Shown: positions 38,901 through 48,216 of the stretch, piece after piece | Layout: each line of letters starts with the position of its first letter | Position numbering within the stretch: the stretch's first letter is position 1 | Origin: a virus | Strand: one strand, 5' to 3' | IMG/VR virus record: IMGVR_UViG_3300022602_000001 | DNA length: 64,000 nt | Notes under the pieces: model-generated | The model's database searches: none | What the model was told of the DNA's origin: nothing | The model's input: only the letters and a program-made list of their open reading frames with translations | Translations under genes and position numbers: made by a program

Positions 38901-40606
38901 TGGCAAACACATCAGGAATTTCTATTAACAACAATGGAGCTCCGGGGAGTGGATCTAAAATTTATGTGGGAAATGCATCTCAAGTGTCTGCGGCAACCAC
39001 ATTTGGAGTAGGAAATAGCTTATCATCAATTAGCATTCCGGCAAACACATACATAAGCACGACTTCAACAGGTTCAACAACAACAGCGGGGATGTACATT
39101 TTTGGAACTCCTACATTGTCAGCGTCAAACTCTACAACGATCACCAACGGAGCTTCAATGTACATAGACGGAGCTCCAATTGCTGGAGGCAATGTGGTGA
39201 TAACAAATCCGTGGGCACTGTACGTAAACACAGGAAACATATCTGCCCAAGCTTCTAGCGTGCTTTTTCAGAGGATGCAGCTGGGGACTAGTGCATTTTC
39301 AACATCTACAATAGGAACTTCTGGAAACTTGCTCAATGTGAATGCACTAACTGTTTCAGATAATATAACAGCAACCAGCGGCTCAGTTGTTCACGTTGCT
39401 GCAAATGGAATAGCGCAGACCACCTACACCACAACAGGAAACACGAACATAACATATGCAACTTCAAGCACTCTTTACATAGCAGGAGCTCCAATAGCAG
39501 GTGCAAACATGACCATGAGCAATCCTTACTCACTGTTTGTGAACTCTGGAACAGTATACATAGGAGGAAGTGTAAACATGGCTTCCAACTTGTCCATAGG
39601 ATCCTACAGTGGCCAGTCGATATTCTACATAAACAAAATCGGTTGGAACGTTGCAGCTTGGGGAACCACAGGAGTTGCAACAAACGTCGTGGGAAACGTC
39701 TACAAGGACTCAACCTCTACATCAGGGTCGACTGTAGCTGGCATGACTGTATTCAGTTCATTTGGAGCTCCCACCCTTTCTTCTTCGTTGGCTGTTTCGG
39801 GGTCCTCTGTTACATACTCAACAGCGTCTACAGTTTATATAGCCAGTGCACCACTTGCGGGAGCAAATGTCACCATGTCAAATCCATACGCTCTGTATGT
39901 CAATGCGGGTAATGTTTATTTAGGACCAGGTACAACTTTTTCTAACAGGATACTAAATAACTTAAATAATGCTTTTAGCACAACAGCTATAGGTGTAAAC
40001 GGTTCTTTATTTGCACTGTCTTCTGGTGTTATTACTGATACTTCAACTGCTGTGAGCGGTACAGTGGCTACGTACGCTATAAATGGGATAGCCCAATCTA
40101 CAATAGCAGCGTCCAGCTCAAGGGTTACATACACCAATGCGGCCACTCTGTACATAGCAGGAGCTCCAGTAGGTAGCACCAATGTGACAATGAGCAACTC
40201 CTGGTCTCTTTACGTTAACAGCGGGTCTGCTTACTTTGGCGGCTCACTGACGGTCAAAGGACAGTTGGCAAACGTTGCTTCTCCACTGATTTTAACATCT
40301 GGAAGTGGGGCAGGGACTGGATCGATCATATCAGCCACTGGATCGGTAAACGGAGGAGTGCTGTACGTCACGGCAGGATCTTCTCCCGCTGCAAACTCAA
40401 CCATAGTCACTCTGACATACTCCTCTCCATTTCCTACTGGGTCATCTGTCCTGTTGTACCCTGCAAACTTTGCAACGGCCAATTTGACGGGATCTGCAAC
40501 AGTTTTTGCTTCAGGAAGCACAACAGGATTCGGAATTTTTGCAAACTCAAGCTCGTTGGCATCTTCTTCGTTGTATGCATGGAACTACGCTGTGGAGGGA
40601 TATTGA
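35954..40606 (+). CDS. Long Ser/Thr-rich fibre protein
   Basis: 1550 aa; TGSF and SSSYA/SASYA repeats at N-terminus; about five YIAGAP-x-AG-x-N...NP-x-LYVN repeats in the C-half. Confidence 0.75.
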   Translation: MSYVKSKQIGYPLTGSFTGSFFGTFSGSIIGVLSGSTSNSLTASTAVSSSFSLTSSYTLQVATASYAVTSSYTVSSSYATSASYSLSSSYAVSSSYSTLSLTSSYAQQALSASYSYTASTAVSASYAVSASNTVSATSASYSYTASSAVNSSASLISVSSSYAVTASYASTSSFSLVSTTSSYSIQASSASYVSTASYVASSSYSYQSSTSSYSLNSGLLSGTSSATFATTGSNAFVGTQIITGSIISTYSGSLGNTINLSTTTGSLYDGNIYFTQTGSNPQLYFFQNGVSWFSSRNNSVFFTDVSSFYLSSYSITITTNGSINLRGYISLGYTSFDSGINQFVKVGGNYASFSFTGSSSSSATSIIFQDKNYTVAGLDDVNSLTSSLSSSYVTLNTAQTVSSSKIFVGNQTVSGSLSVTSGITGSLFGTGSQAVSSSYSATASYALSGPLLSGSYILNTTSTQVSSSLAIDGTIGIGQSARPGNNLDIQSSIGGTSFGTSDPTASTVLYLNRSFGTPASPTIPTSTGSIGSINFMMYTGTGSPDTTTYRESAKIVGGMDGIPTSSSIPGYLSFRTTPSGSTSSVEALCINSTGVSVFGGYTPTGSALTNANILKAVTNSTTGLVGFQNLNAAGYSSFDYYDNTGTFTLNTGYANASASSFAGLVYWNTTKDMVYAYNIIEWLRFNSANSRVGLLTPSPTHTLTLGSTATGLSAYNTSDQTTNYERIVGQWQSNAYTIGSYAGGTGTLRSIVLGVSANTGSTTISNGNARIFTINSSISATAGFYDFNSITGLTPSITTFQGTAAASTSSQNWVSIQPTISQSSSAGYSALLVQPYEQAIGSGNRYLINAGTNSALNGAGSFNQLFSVASNGKTAIGSTNNRTSVLAVTPSPTNSSNVAWGSVGPVFSVNAGSIVDTTSSGSVASVTAISSFANATLSASSAVTYSNATLLYLGSLSAGGSASLVNPTSLYVSGSQYTGNVYVANTSGISINNNGAPGSGSKIYVGNASQVSAATTFGVGNSLSSISIPANTYISTTSTGSTTTAGMYIFGTPTLSASNSTTITNGASMYIDGAPIAGGNVVITNPWALYVNTGNISAQASSVLFQRMQLGTSAFSTSTIGTSGNLLNVNALTVSDNITATSGSVVHVAANGIAQTTYTTTGNTNITYATSSTLYIAGAPIAGANMTMSNPYSLFVNSGTVYIGGSVNMASNLSIGSYSGQSIFYINKIGWNVAAWGTTGVATNVVGNVYKDSTSTSGSTVAGMTVFSSFGAPTLSSSLAVSGSSVTYSTASTVYIASAPLAGANVTMSNPYALYVNAGNVYLGPGTTFSNRILNNLNNAFSTTAIGVNGSLFALSSGVITDTSTAVSGTVATYAINGIAQSTIAASSSRVTYTNAATLYIAGAPVGSTNVTMSNSWSLYVNSGSAYFGGSLTVKGQLANVASPLILTSGSGAGTGSIISATGSVNGGVLYVTAGSSPAANSTIVTLTYSSPFPTGSSVLLYPANFATANLTGSATVFASGSTTGFGIFANSSSLASSSLYAWNYAVEGY

Positions 40607-40644
40607 GTTTTTTGTTTTAAAATTGACATATTTATTAATAAAAA

Positions 40645-40917
40645 ATGAAGTCAATACAGCCAGTTTCAGTGTACCAACCTGGAATAGCATCATTGAATCC
40701 ACCAACAGCTCAGGCAACCAGCTTTGACGTGACCATAATCAATGATAATTTGGTCGACATGTGCCAAATGTACTTTGAGCTATACGACGATAGCGGTGGG
40801 AGGGTTTACTATGGAAACACGTCTATAGTCGGAGACGATTATGCAAATTGGAATGGAAACAACGACTATCCTTATCAGTACATAGCAAAATTATTTTCTT
40901 TGACTATTTTAGAATAG
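40645..40917 (+). CDS. Small fibre-associated hypothetical protein
   Basis: 90 aa after fibre gene; ATATTTAT upstream. Confidence 0.65.
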   Translation: MKSIQPVSVYQPGIASLNPPTAQATSFDVTIINDNLVDMCQMYFELYDDSGGRVYYGNTSIVGDDYANWNGNNDYPYQYIAKLFSLTILE

Positions 40918-40972
40918 CGGCAATTTGTCTAACTAACCTGGATATTTATATACATAAGATAAAATACATAAA

Positions 40973-41242
40973 ATGACAATCATAGCAATACTACTTTTGA
41001 CTGCTGTTCTTTATGTGTTGTATTTGAGCAACAAAAAAAAGATAGAGAACTTTGAAAGTAAAGTTGAGGAAAAAGAAAAGGCTGAAGTTGAAAGTGCAAC
41101 TAAAATTATTGATGCAGTCGCATCAGATGCAAATAAAATTATTAGTAAGGCAAAGAGCATTGCAACGGAGGATACTAAGGCAGTGCTGACAACTGCCGAG
41201 CAGGCAATTTCAGAGGTAAAAAAGATAACAAAAAAGTCTTAA
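40973..41242 (+). CDS. Small N-terminally membrane-anchored protein
   Basis: Hydrophobic N-terminal helix and charged tail; ATATTTAT upstream. Confidence 0.65.
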   Translation: MTIIAILLLTAVLYVLYLSNKKKIENFESKVEEKEKAEVESATKIIDAVASDANKIISKAKSIATEDTKAVLTTAEQAISEVKKITKKS

Positions 41243-41265
41243 AAATTCTATAAAAAACACAGTTT

Positions 41266-41511
41266 ATGGCAGAAGTTAAAAAGCTCACAGAACAGGAATT
41301 CTCAAGGTTGAATTTGTTAAAACAGGACGCAATAGAAGTGGCGTCTGCTTTGGGCGAATTGAACTATCAAAAAACAATCCTTGAACTGCAGATTCAAGAA
41401 CTGACCCAAAAGATAAAAACAATAAGATCGAAGGAGTCAGAATTTTTTCAGGAGTTGAGAGACACCTATGGAACAATTTCCATTAATATCAACACAGGTG
41501 AGTTTCAGTAG
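41266..41511 (+). CDS. Small coiled-coil protein
   Basis: LGELNYQK...YGTISININTGEF. Confidence 0.7.
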   Translation: MAEVKKLTEQEFSRLNLLKQDAIEVASALGELNYQKTILELQIQELTQKIKTIRSKESEFFQELRDTYGTISININTGEFQ

Positions 41512-41562
41512 TGAGTTTTGACAGACTGGCCCCATATTTATTGGTAGATAAAAATAATGTAA

Positions 41563-43662
41563 ATGGCCGAAACACTCATTAGCCCAGGAGTTTTCTTGAA
41601 TGAAAACGATCAAAGTCAAATAACCCAGGGTCCAATTGCAGCTGGAGCAGCTGTGGTGGGCCCAACAGTATTGGGACCAGTTAACACTCCAACTCTAGTA
41701 ACTTCATACTCACAATACAAGCAGATATTTGGATCCACCTTCATCTCAGGAGGTGTGACTCTTGAATACACAACCAACGTAGCTGTCCTAAACTACTTCA
41801 ACCAGGGGGGAAACTCTCTTCTTGTGACCAGGGTGGCTTCAGGTTCATACACCTCAGCAACTGCAAGCGTTCCAAGCCAAACAGGCCTGACAACTGCAAG
41901 CCTGGTGATTGACTCATCTACCATAGCAACTGGCTCTGGGATTTCAACTTCACTGGTGATAAACGGATACACATTTGTCATAACAGGGTCAAGCTTTGGC
42001 TCTGCTCCAGTGAGCACAAGCTACGTCAGCTCAGGATCGACCTACCCATTAACATCAAATTCACTTACTGCATCAATAAATGCGGTGAAGAGCACCATAA
42101 ACGTAACAGCATCGTTGGTGAGCGGAAACACGTTCACAGTGTCTGCAACGACTCCTGGAATTCAGGGAAACACGTACTACTACATTTCTGGAAGCAACAC
42201 CTACCTGTTCTCAGGAGGCACAAATTCAGTGTCCTTTCAGCTGTCAACATTGTCAGTCGGCCAGGTGATGAACAATGCAACTTCATCTCAGCTGACGCTA
42301 AACTCTTTGCCGTCAGGATCCTCTTCAAACATCAGGTGGGAGATAGTTCAGACCAGCACTGGATCTGGACTCTTCACAGTAAACATAAGAAGAGGGGACG
42401 ACTACGAGAACAGCAAGACCGTTATTGAGAGCTGGACCAATCTTTCGCTGGATCCTAACCAAAGCAACTACATATCCTACGTTATAGGAGACCAGTTCCA
42501 GACCCTTACGCAGGACCCAAGCACAGGAACTTACTACCTGCAGATGACAGGAAGCTACACAAACAAGTCAAAGTACGTGTACGTGTCGTCGATCACTCCG
42601 ACTCCAAACTACATCAACCAGCTTGGAAAGCCACAGAGCCAATACACAGGTTCTCTGCCCCTTTTGGGATCAGGATCCTACAACGGAGGTTTTGGAGGTG
42701 CAAACGGCGCATTCTGGGGTTCTTACGGACTTGCCCCTCTCAACATGTTTGAGAGCATACCAACTGTGACCTCAGTGTACACAAACCCAACAACGAACAT
42801 TCAGGGAGTTTACGCCCCAGACTACGACGTGGCAATAAGCCTGTTGAGCAATCAGGACCAGTACGACTTCAACATCGTATACGCCCCGGGGCTAAACAAC
42901 CAAAATGCCCCAACAGAAATAAACAATCTTCTGTTGCTTGCAAGCAACAGAGGAGACAGCATAGCAGTGGTTGACATGGTTGGATACAACCAGCAGCTCT
43001 CCACTGTGACTAACCAAGCAATAAGCTTTGACAACTCCTACGGAGCAACGTACTGGCCGTGGGTGCAGATAAGGTCCTCAGAGACTGGAAGGATGAACTT
43101 TGTGCCGCCTTCCGTGCTAATACCAGCCGTGTACGAGTACAACGACAAGATTGCGGCAGAGTGGTGGGCCCCAGCAGGTCTGAACAGAGGAGGACTTTCA
43201 ACTGCTCTTCAACCAGAAAGAAAGCTGTCAATCACCGACAGAAACACACTCTACGCAAACAGAGTCAATCCAATAGCAACGTTTGCTGGAGTTGGAACTG
43301 TAGTGTACGGCCAAAAGACTCTGCAGGCAAAGGCATCTGCTCTGGACAGGGTTAACGTGAGAAGACTTCTGATATCCTTGAAGAGGTACATAAGGCAGAT
43401 AGGGCAGACTCTGGTGTTTGAGCCCAATACACAAGTGACGTGGAACAAGTTCCTAAACCAAGTGAATCCTTATCTGGAGTCAGTTCAGCAGAGGCAGGGC
43501 CTCTACGCATTCCAGGTGGTGATGGACAGCACAAACAACACGCCGGACCAAATAGACAGAAACATACTGGTGGGAAGCATATACCTGCAGCCGACCAGAG
43601 TTGCTGAGTTCATACAGCTGGACTTCAACATACTTCCAACAGGGGCAACTTTTGCACAGTAA
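41563..43662 (+). CDS. Contractile tail sheath protein
   Basis: ISPGVFLNEND, WWAPAGLNRG, VNPI, GQKTLQ, DRVNVRRL, FEPN, AEFIQLDF. Confidence 0.95.
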   Translation: MAETLISPGVFLNENDQSQITQGPIAAGAAVVGPTVLGPVNTPTLVTSYSQYKQIFGSTFISGGVTLEYTTNVAVLNYFNQGGNSLLVTRVASGSYTSATASVPSQTGLTTASLVIDSSTIATGSGISTSLVINGYTFVITGSSFGSAPVSTSYVSSGSTYPLTSNSLTASINAVKSTINVTASLVSGNTFTVSATTPGIQGNTYYYISGSNTYLFSGGTNSVSFQLSTLSVGQVMNNATSSQLTLNSLPSGSSSNIRWEIVQTSTGSGLFTVNIRRGDDYENSKTVIESWTNLSLDPNQSNYISYVIGDQFQTLTQDPSTGTYYLQMTGSYTNKSKYVYVSSITPTPNYINQLGKPQSQYTGSLPLLGSGSYNGGFGGANGAFWGSYGLAPLNMFESIPTVTSVYTNPTTNIQGVYAPDYDVAISLLSNQDQYDFNIVYAPGLNNQNAPTEINNLLLLASNRGDSIAVVDMVGYNQQLSTVTNQAISFDNSYGATYWPWVQIRSSETGRMNFVPPSVLIPAVYEYNDKIAAEWWAPAGLNRGGLSTALQPERKLSITDRNTLYANRVNPIATFAGVGTVVYGQKTLQAKASALDRVNVRRLLISLKRYIRQIGQTLVFEPNTQVTWNKFLNQVNPYLESVQQRQGLYAFQVVMDSTNNTPDQIDRNILVGSIYLQPTRVAEFIQLDFNILPTGATFAQ

Positions 43663-43678
43663 AAAAATACACAGATAA

Positions 43679-44185
43679 ATGAAAGATAGCACGTTAATAA
43701 GGATAAAGGTGCCAAAGGCCCTCTACGAATCAGCTCTTAGACAGGCACTTTTGGAGGCAAAAGAGCCAATTGGAGGCCCCAAGGGAAGGAAGTACTCAAA
43801 GGAGGACGACTACGACAAGCCTGCAAAGAAAGTAAACCCTGCAAAGAAGTACAAGGACGCTGAACCAAAGAGGGGAGTCGGCGCGCACAAGGGAAAGGCA
43901 TTCGTGAAGGACGACGCCTACACAGAGAAGGTGAGCAAGAAGAAGAGCCTTAAAGAGGATGAGTTTGGCTCTGCATACCCCCACCCACACGAGAACACGG
44001 GAGGATCGAGGAACGCAACCCTGTACCCAAACAGAAAGCCAGAGCTGGACGCTAACAGACTGGCGGAGAAGAAGAAAATTCAGGAGCGCAAGCGCAGGGC
44101 GGAAAAGAAGCACAACGACGCTGCTGAGGACAAAAAGTTGATAAAAAAACTGGTAAAGCCGGGAGCTCTTAGGGGTTCAAAATAA
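43679..44185 (+). CDS. Basic hypothetical protein, possible internal protein
   Basis: Lys-rich; ALLEA and LKED motifs; inserted between sheath and tube. Confidence 0.6.
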   Translation: MKDSTLIRIKVPKALYESALRQALLEAKEPIGGPKGRKYSKEDDYDKPAKKVNPAKKYKDAEPKRGVGAHKGKAFVKDDAYTEKVSKKKSLKEDEFGSAYPHPHENTGGSRNATLYPNRKPELDANRLAEKKKIQERKRRAEKKHNDAAEDKKLIKKLVKPGALRGSK

Positions 44186-44226
44186 TTTTTTACAGCAGAT
44201 ACTTATACTAAACAAAGAATTACACC

Positions 44227-44712
44227 ATGCCACTGTTGGATCCAAATGAGATAATGTTCACTAGCTTTGAGCCGATGGTTCAAAACCGCTTCGTGTTCTA
44301 CGTAGACGGAGTACCATCCTACCTTATAAAAAAGGCGGACGCCCCAGGAGTGACTCTTGGAGAGATAAAAATTGAGCACATAAATGTCTACCGCAAGCTG
44401 AAGGGAAAGGCCGAGTGGAAGGACATAACCCTGGAGCTCTACAGCCCAATATCTCCGTCGGGCCAGCAGGCAGTGATGGAGTGGGTGAGGCTGCACCACG
44501 AGTCTGTGACGGGAAGGGACGGCTACTCTGACTTCTACAAGAAGGACTGCAGCCTTTCAATACTCGGCCCAGTTGGGGACATAGTGTCCGAGTGGGTCAT
44601 CAAGGGAGCTTTCATAAAGGACGCGGCTTTCGGCTCGTACGACTGGGCAACCGCTGATCCCACAATGCTGACGCTGTCACTTGGAATGGACTACTGCGAG
44701 CTTCAGTACTAG
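44227..44712 (+). CDS. Tail tube protein (gp19-like)
   Basis: FEP..NRF, GKAEW, VMEW, YKKD, GPVGDIVSEW. Confidence 0.9.
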   Translation: MPLLDPNEIMFTSFEPMVQNRFVFYVDGVPSYLIKKADAPGVTLGEIKIEHINVYRKLKGKAEWKDITLELYSPISPSGQQAVMEWVRLHHESVTGRDGYSDFYKKDCSLSILGPVGDIVSEWVIKGAFIKDAAFGSYDWATADPTMLTLSLGMDYCELQY

Positions 44713-44732
44713 CAAATACTTTAAATTTTACA

Positions 44733-44758
44733 GAGCCTCCAAATTTGGGGGCTTTTTT
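44733..44758 (+). terminator. Rho-independent terminator after tube gene
   Basis: AGCCTCCAAA/TTTGGGGGCT stem followed by T run. Confidence 0.8.
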
Positions 44759-44802
44759 GTTTTAAAAAGGTTGTATGCGTATATTTATTATAAATACAAT
44801 TT

Positions 44803-45564
44803 ATGACGGATTCAAAGTTCACTGCGCCGACCGAGGTGGTCGACCTTCCAAGCAAGGGCCTGCTGTACCCAAAGGACAATCACCTGTCCTCGGGCAGCGT
44901 GGAGATGTACTACATGACTGCTAAGACAGAAGACATACTGACAAACACAAACCTTCTTCGACAGGGGCTGGCAGTGGAAAAGATGCTGAAAGCCCTGATA
45001 AAGTCCCCAATAAACTACGAGGACCTTACGATAGGGGACAGAAACGGCCTGCTGATCGCCGCAAGAGTGCTGGGATACGGGAAGGAGTACATAGTTGAGG
45101 CGACGAATCCAAACACAGGAGATTCAGAAAAAGTGAACGTTGACCTGCAGACGCTGAAGTACAAGGAAATAGACTTCTCCGTATTCAGCAATGGAGAGGC
45201 GACCTACGAGCTGCCGCACACAAAGAACGTGGTGACGTTCAAGATTCTGACGGTTGGCGACGACAAGAAGATAGACGAGGAGGCAAAGTCACTAAAAAAG
45301 GCCCTTGGAATTGAGCTGGGAGCCAGCGAGAGGCTCAAGTACCAGATCACGTCGATCAACGGAGAGAGGTCTCCAAAGGCGGTCAGAGAGTTCATAGACT
45401 CTGGTGCGCTTCTTGCTAGGGACTCTAACCCTCTTAGAAAGTACATAAATTCTGTGACTCCAGACGTTGAAATGAGGGCGACTGTCACCTTCAAGGACGG
45501 CACGGACCTGGACATAGACGTTCCGATGACGGCAGAGTTCTTTTTTCCCAACATCGGCGTATAG
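44803..45564 (+). CDS. Tail assembly chaperone / gp26-like hub assembly protein
   Basis: VDLPSKG..YP, MTAKTEDIL, ARVLGYG; ends EFFFP at a slippery site; between tube and tape measure. Confidence 0.75.
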   Translation: MTDSKFTAPTEVVDLPSKGLLYPKDNHLSSGSVEMYYMTAKTEDILTNTNLLRQGLAVEKMLKALIKSPINYEDLTIGDRNGLLIAARVLGYGKEYIVEATNPNTGDSEKVNVDLQTLKYKEIDFSVFSNGEATYELPHTKNVVTFKILTVGDDKKIDEEAKSLKKALGIELGASERLKYQITSINGERSPKAVREFIDSGALLARDSNPLRKYINSVTPDVEMRATVTFKDGTDLDIDVPMTAEFFFPNIGV

Positions 45565-45838
45565 ACCCGTCTTCATGAACGAAGTCTTTGAGCTCGTGTA
45601 CCACGGGGGAGGAGGCTTCAGCTACTCAGAGGTGTGGAATATGCCGGTTCCCCACCGTCGTTTCAGTCTTAGAAAGATAAACGAATACCTGGAAAAGGTC
45701 CAGGAGATGAGAGAGAAGAGCAGCAAGGTTTTGACGGAGAAGTCCGACCTGAGACAGTCAGTCAGAGTGCCAGACCACGTCAACAGAGCGTCCCAGAATG
45801 AGCAGGCGTTCGTTTCCAAAGTGCAGCCAAAAAAATAG
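45542..45838 (+). CDS. Frameshift extension of tail chaperone (+1 frame)
   Basis: +1 frame open from the T run: FFPTSAYRPVFMNEVFELVYHGGGGFSYSEVWNMP; no A-rich leader before ATG 45575. Confidence 0.7.
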   Translation, partial: FFPTSAYRPVFMNEVFELVYHGGGGFSYSEVWNMPVPHRRFSLRKINEYLEKVQEMREKSSKVLTEKSDLRQSVRVPDHVNRASQNEQAFVSKVQPKK

Positions 45839-45874
45839 GCCAATTCAATATTTATATGGGTAAAACCACCACGA

Positions 45875-48208
45875 ATGTCTGTTAGCAAGGAAGGCAAAGA
45901 AGTAAAAGCATTTTTGCAGGAAATAAAAAAGAGCGAGGGAGACTACAACGACCTGCTAAAGGATTCCATAAGGGGGCTGGACCGCATCATTGATGCGTAC
46001 GAAAAGATACAGGAGAAAGTCAATGGCCTCTCCAAGTCGACAATAAATTTGTCTGCGCTCAACAAGGAGCTGGAAAAAGCAAAAGCAAAAGAATTCACAT
46101 CTTCCAAAAAGCTGTCAGAGCTGCAAAAAGAGATAAACAAGGACGGAAGGACCGGAGTCGCCAATGCAAATGACTATATAAAATCTCTCAGCAAGTTGAA
46201 GGACTTAGAGGACCAGATACAAAAAGCGGCCGCAATTGGAGACAAAAAGAGAGGAATCAGTCTGCAGAGGGATTACAAGTTGGAACTTGAAAGAAATGAG
46301 AGGCAAAAAACAGGTTTGACTATTCAGGAGGCTGCCTACATAGGTCAGCTGAAGGCAAACCAAATTGCAAAGGAGGCGGTCAATTATGCTCAGGATCACG
46401 TGGACAAGGAGAAGGAGGTTGCAAAGAGAGTGGGATTCACTGGAAATCTCATTGGTCAAGTCAGCAAGTACTTGAAGATTGGTGGAAAATTGTACGAAAA
46501 AATAGTCTTAGAGGCAAGGGAGGGCGAGAAGACCACTAAAAATTTGGTAATTGCAATTTCTTCTTTGGGAATTACTGGGTACGTAGCCACGAGGTCTTTG
46601 GCAAAAGGACTGGCACAAGTTGTTGCTCCAATGAAGAGCATCAATGCCAATTCAACAGGAGTGGTCTCAAACCTAACCAGCAAACTTTCTAGCATTATAA
46701 AAAGCATACCAGTGGTAGGAGGACTGCTGGGAGGGTTAGTAGATGCATTTTCAAGCATTGCAGACCTTTTGTTGGGAGCCAACGATCAGATAGTGAAGGT
46801 TGGAAGAAACCTTGGGCTAAGCACAGCGCAGGCAGAACAAATGGCCCACCACTTTCAGGACTTGTCATATGCCAACAACGACGTATTTGTCACCTCAACA
46901 AAGCTGCTGGAGACTCAGGTGTCCATAGGCGCCCAGCTGGGAATAAACAACCAGCTGACAGACGAGCAGCTGTCAACCCTCAGCAAGCTCAAGGACATTG
47001 CTGGCATTGACGAGGAAACTCAAGCAAGAATAGCAGAGAGCTCTGTTATCACAAGCAGGTCTGCGCAGAGCACGGTCAATTCGGTTTTGGCCCAGGTTGT
47101 TGGACTGCAAAAAGCCACAGGAATTGCTCTTAATCAGAAGCAGGTGCTAAAAGAAGCGTCCAGTTTGGGGGGGTACCTGGGACTGTCATTTGCAAAGTAC
47201 CCCGGGCAGCTGTCAAAGGCATTGGTTGAGGCGAAGACCCTTGGCCTGGAGCTGAAGCAACTGGACTCCATGGCAGACTCCTTTTTGGACTTTGAATCGA
47301 GCATATCAAGCGAATTTGAGGCCCAGCTCTTAACAGGAAAGGACATAAACCTGTCAAAGGCAAGGGAGCTGTTCTTGAACAACGACCTGGCGGGAGCGGC
47401 TGAAGAAATAACCAGCCAGGTGGGAAGCTCTGCGGACTTTTTAAAGATGAACAGAATCCAGGCGGAGTCCCTTGCAAAGGCATTTGGAATGTCAAGGGAC
47501 CAAATGGGAGAAATGCTAAAAAAACAGGAGCTGCTCTCCAAGATAGGAGCAAAGGACACGGACAATGCACAGAAGCAGTTGGAGATAGGAATAAAGAGGT
47601 TCCACGGGCAGAAAGAGCTGGCAGCAGCAATCGGGGAGGAGGCCTACCAAAACATGTTAAACGCATCCACACAGGAAAAGATAGCCGCCTACGTGGACAA
47701 ACTAAAGACGTCAATAGTGGACTTTGTGGAAAAATCTGGGCTGATAGACAAAATTACGGGATTTATTGATTGGCTTTCGAATCCAAAAAACATGCAGGGA
47801 GTGCTGAACACCATAAAGGGGGTCATAGCAAATGCAATAGACTTTTTTGGATATGTGGCTTCGAGCGTTGCAGACTTGATAAGCCACCTGCCTTTTACTG
47901 ACAAAGAAAAGTGGCAGGGAATATCGGATAGCATAATGAGGGGAACAGCGGGTGCTTCTGCAGCAGTCAGAGGCGTTGGTGGATCCTCATTCGGGTCAGA
48001 GAGCGTTGCAGGAAATGCTGCAAGCTCAACAGTCGCGCAGAGCCAGACAATCCAGTACACGCCGTCTGCAGCGGCAGCAGCCACGGGGGGACCAAACATA
48101 TACATAGTGGGAGAAGAAATTAACGGAAGGATGATATATAGGCAGACCGACCAAAGCCACTTTCCTAGTTTTGATAAAACAACTCTTGCGACTGCAGGAA
48201 ACAAATAA
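45875..48208 (+). CDS. Tape measure protein
   Basis: Long helical Ala/Leu/Gln-rich protein; FESSISSEFEAQLLTGK; follows chaperone. Confidence 0.8.
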   Translation: MSVSKEGKEVKAFLQEIKKSEGDYNDLLKDSIRGLDRIIDAYEKIQEKVNGLSKSTINLSALNKELEKAKAKEFTSSKKLSELQKEINKDGRTGVANANDYIKSLSKLKDLEDQIQKAAAIGDKKRGISLQRDYKLELERNERQKTGLTIQEAAYIGQLKANQIAKEAVNYAQDHVDKEKEVAKRVGFTGNLIGQVSKYLKIGGKLYEKIVLEAREGEKTTKNLVIAISSLGITGYVATRSLAKGLAQVVAPMKSINANSTGVVSNLTSKLSSIIKSIPVVGGLLGGLVDAFSSIADLLLGANDQIVKVGRNLGLSTAQAEQMAHHFQDLSYANNDVFVTSTKLLETQVSIGAQLGINNQLTDEQLSTLSKLKDIAGIDEETQARIAESSVITSRSAQSTVNSVLAQVVGLQKATGIALNQKQVLKEASSLGGYLGLSFAKYPGQLSKALVEAKTLGLELKQLDSMADSFLDFESSISSEFEAQLLTGKDINLSKARELFLNNDLAGAAEEITSQVGSSADFLKMNRIQAESLAKAFGMSRDQMGEMLKKQELLSKIGAKDTDNAQKQLEIGIKRFHGQKELAAAIGEEAYQNMLNASTQEKIAAYVDKLKTSIVDFVEKSGLIDKITGFIDWLSNPKNMQGVLNTIKGVIANAIDFFGYVASSVADLISHLPFTDKEKWQGISDSIMRGTAGASAAVRGVGGSSFGSESVAGNAASSTVAQSQTIQYTPSAAAAATGGPNIYIVGEEINGRMIYRQTDQSHFPSFDKTTLATAGNK

Positions 48209-48216
48209 TCAAAAAA

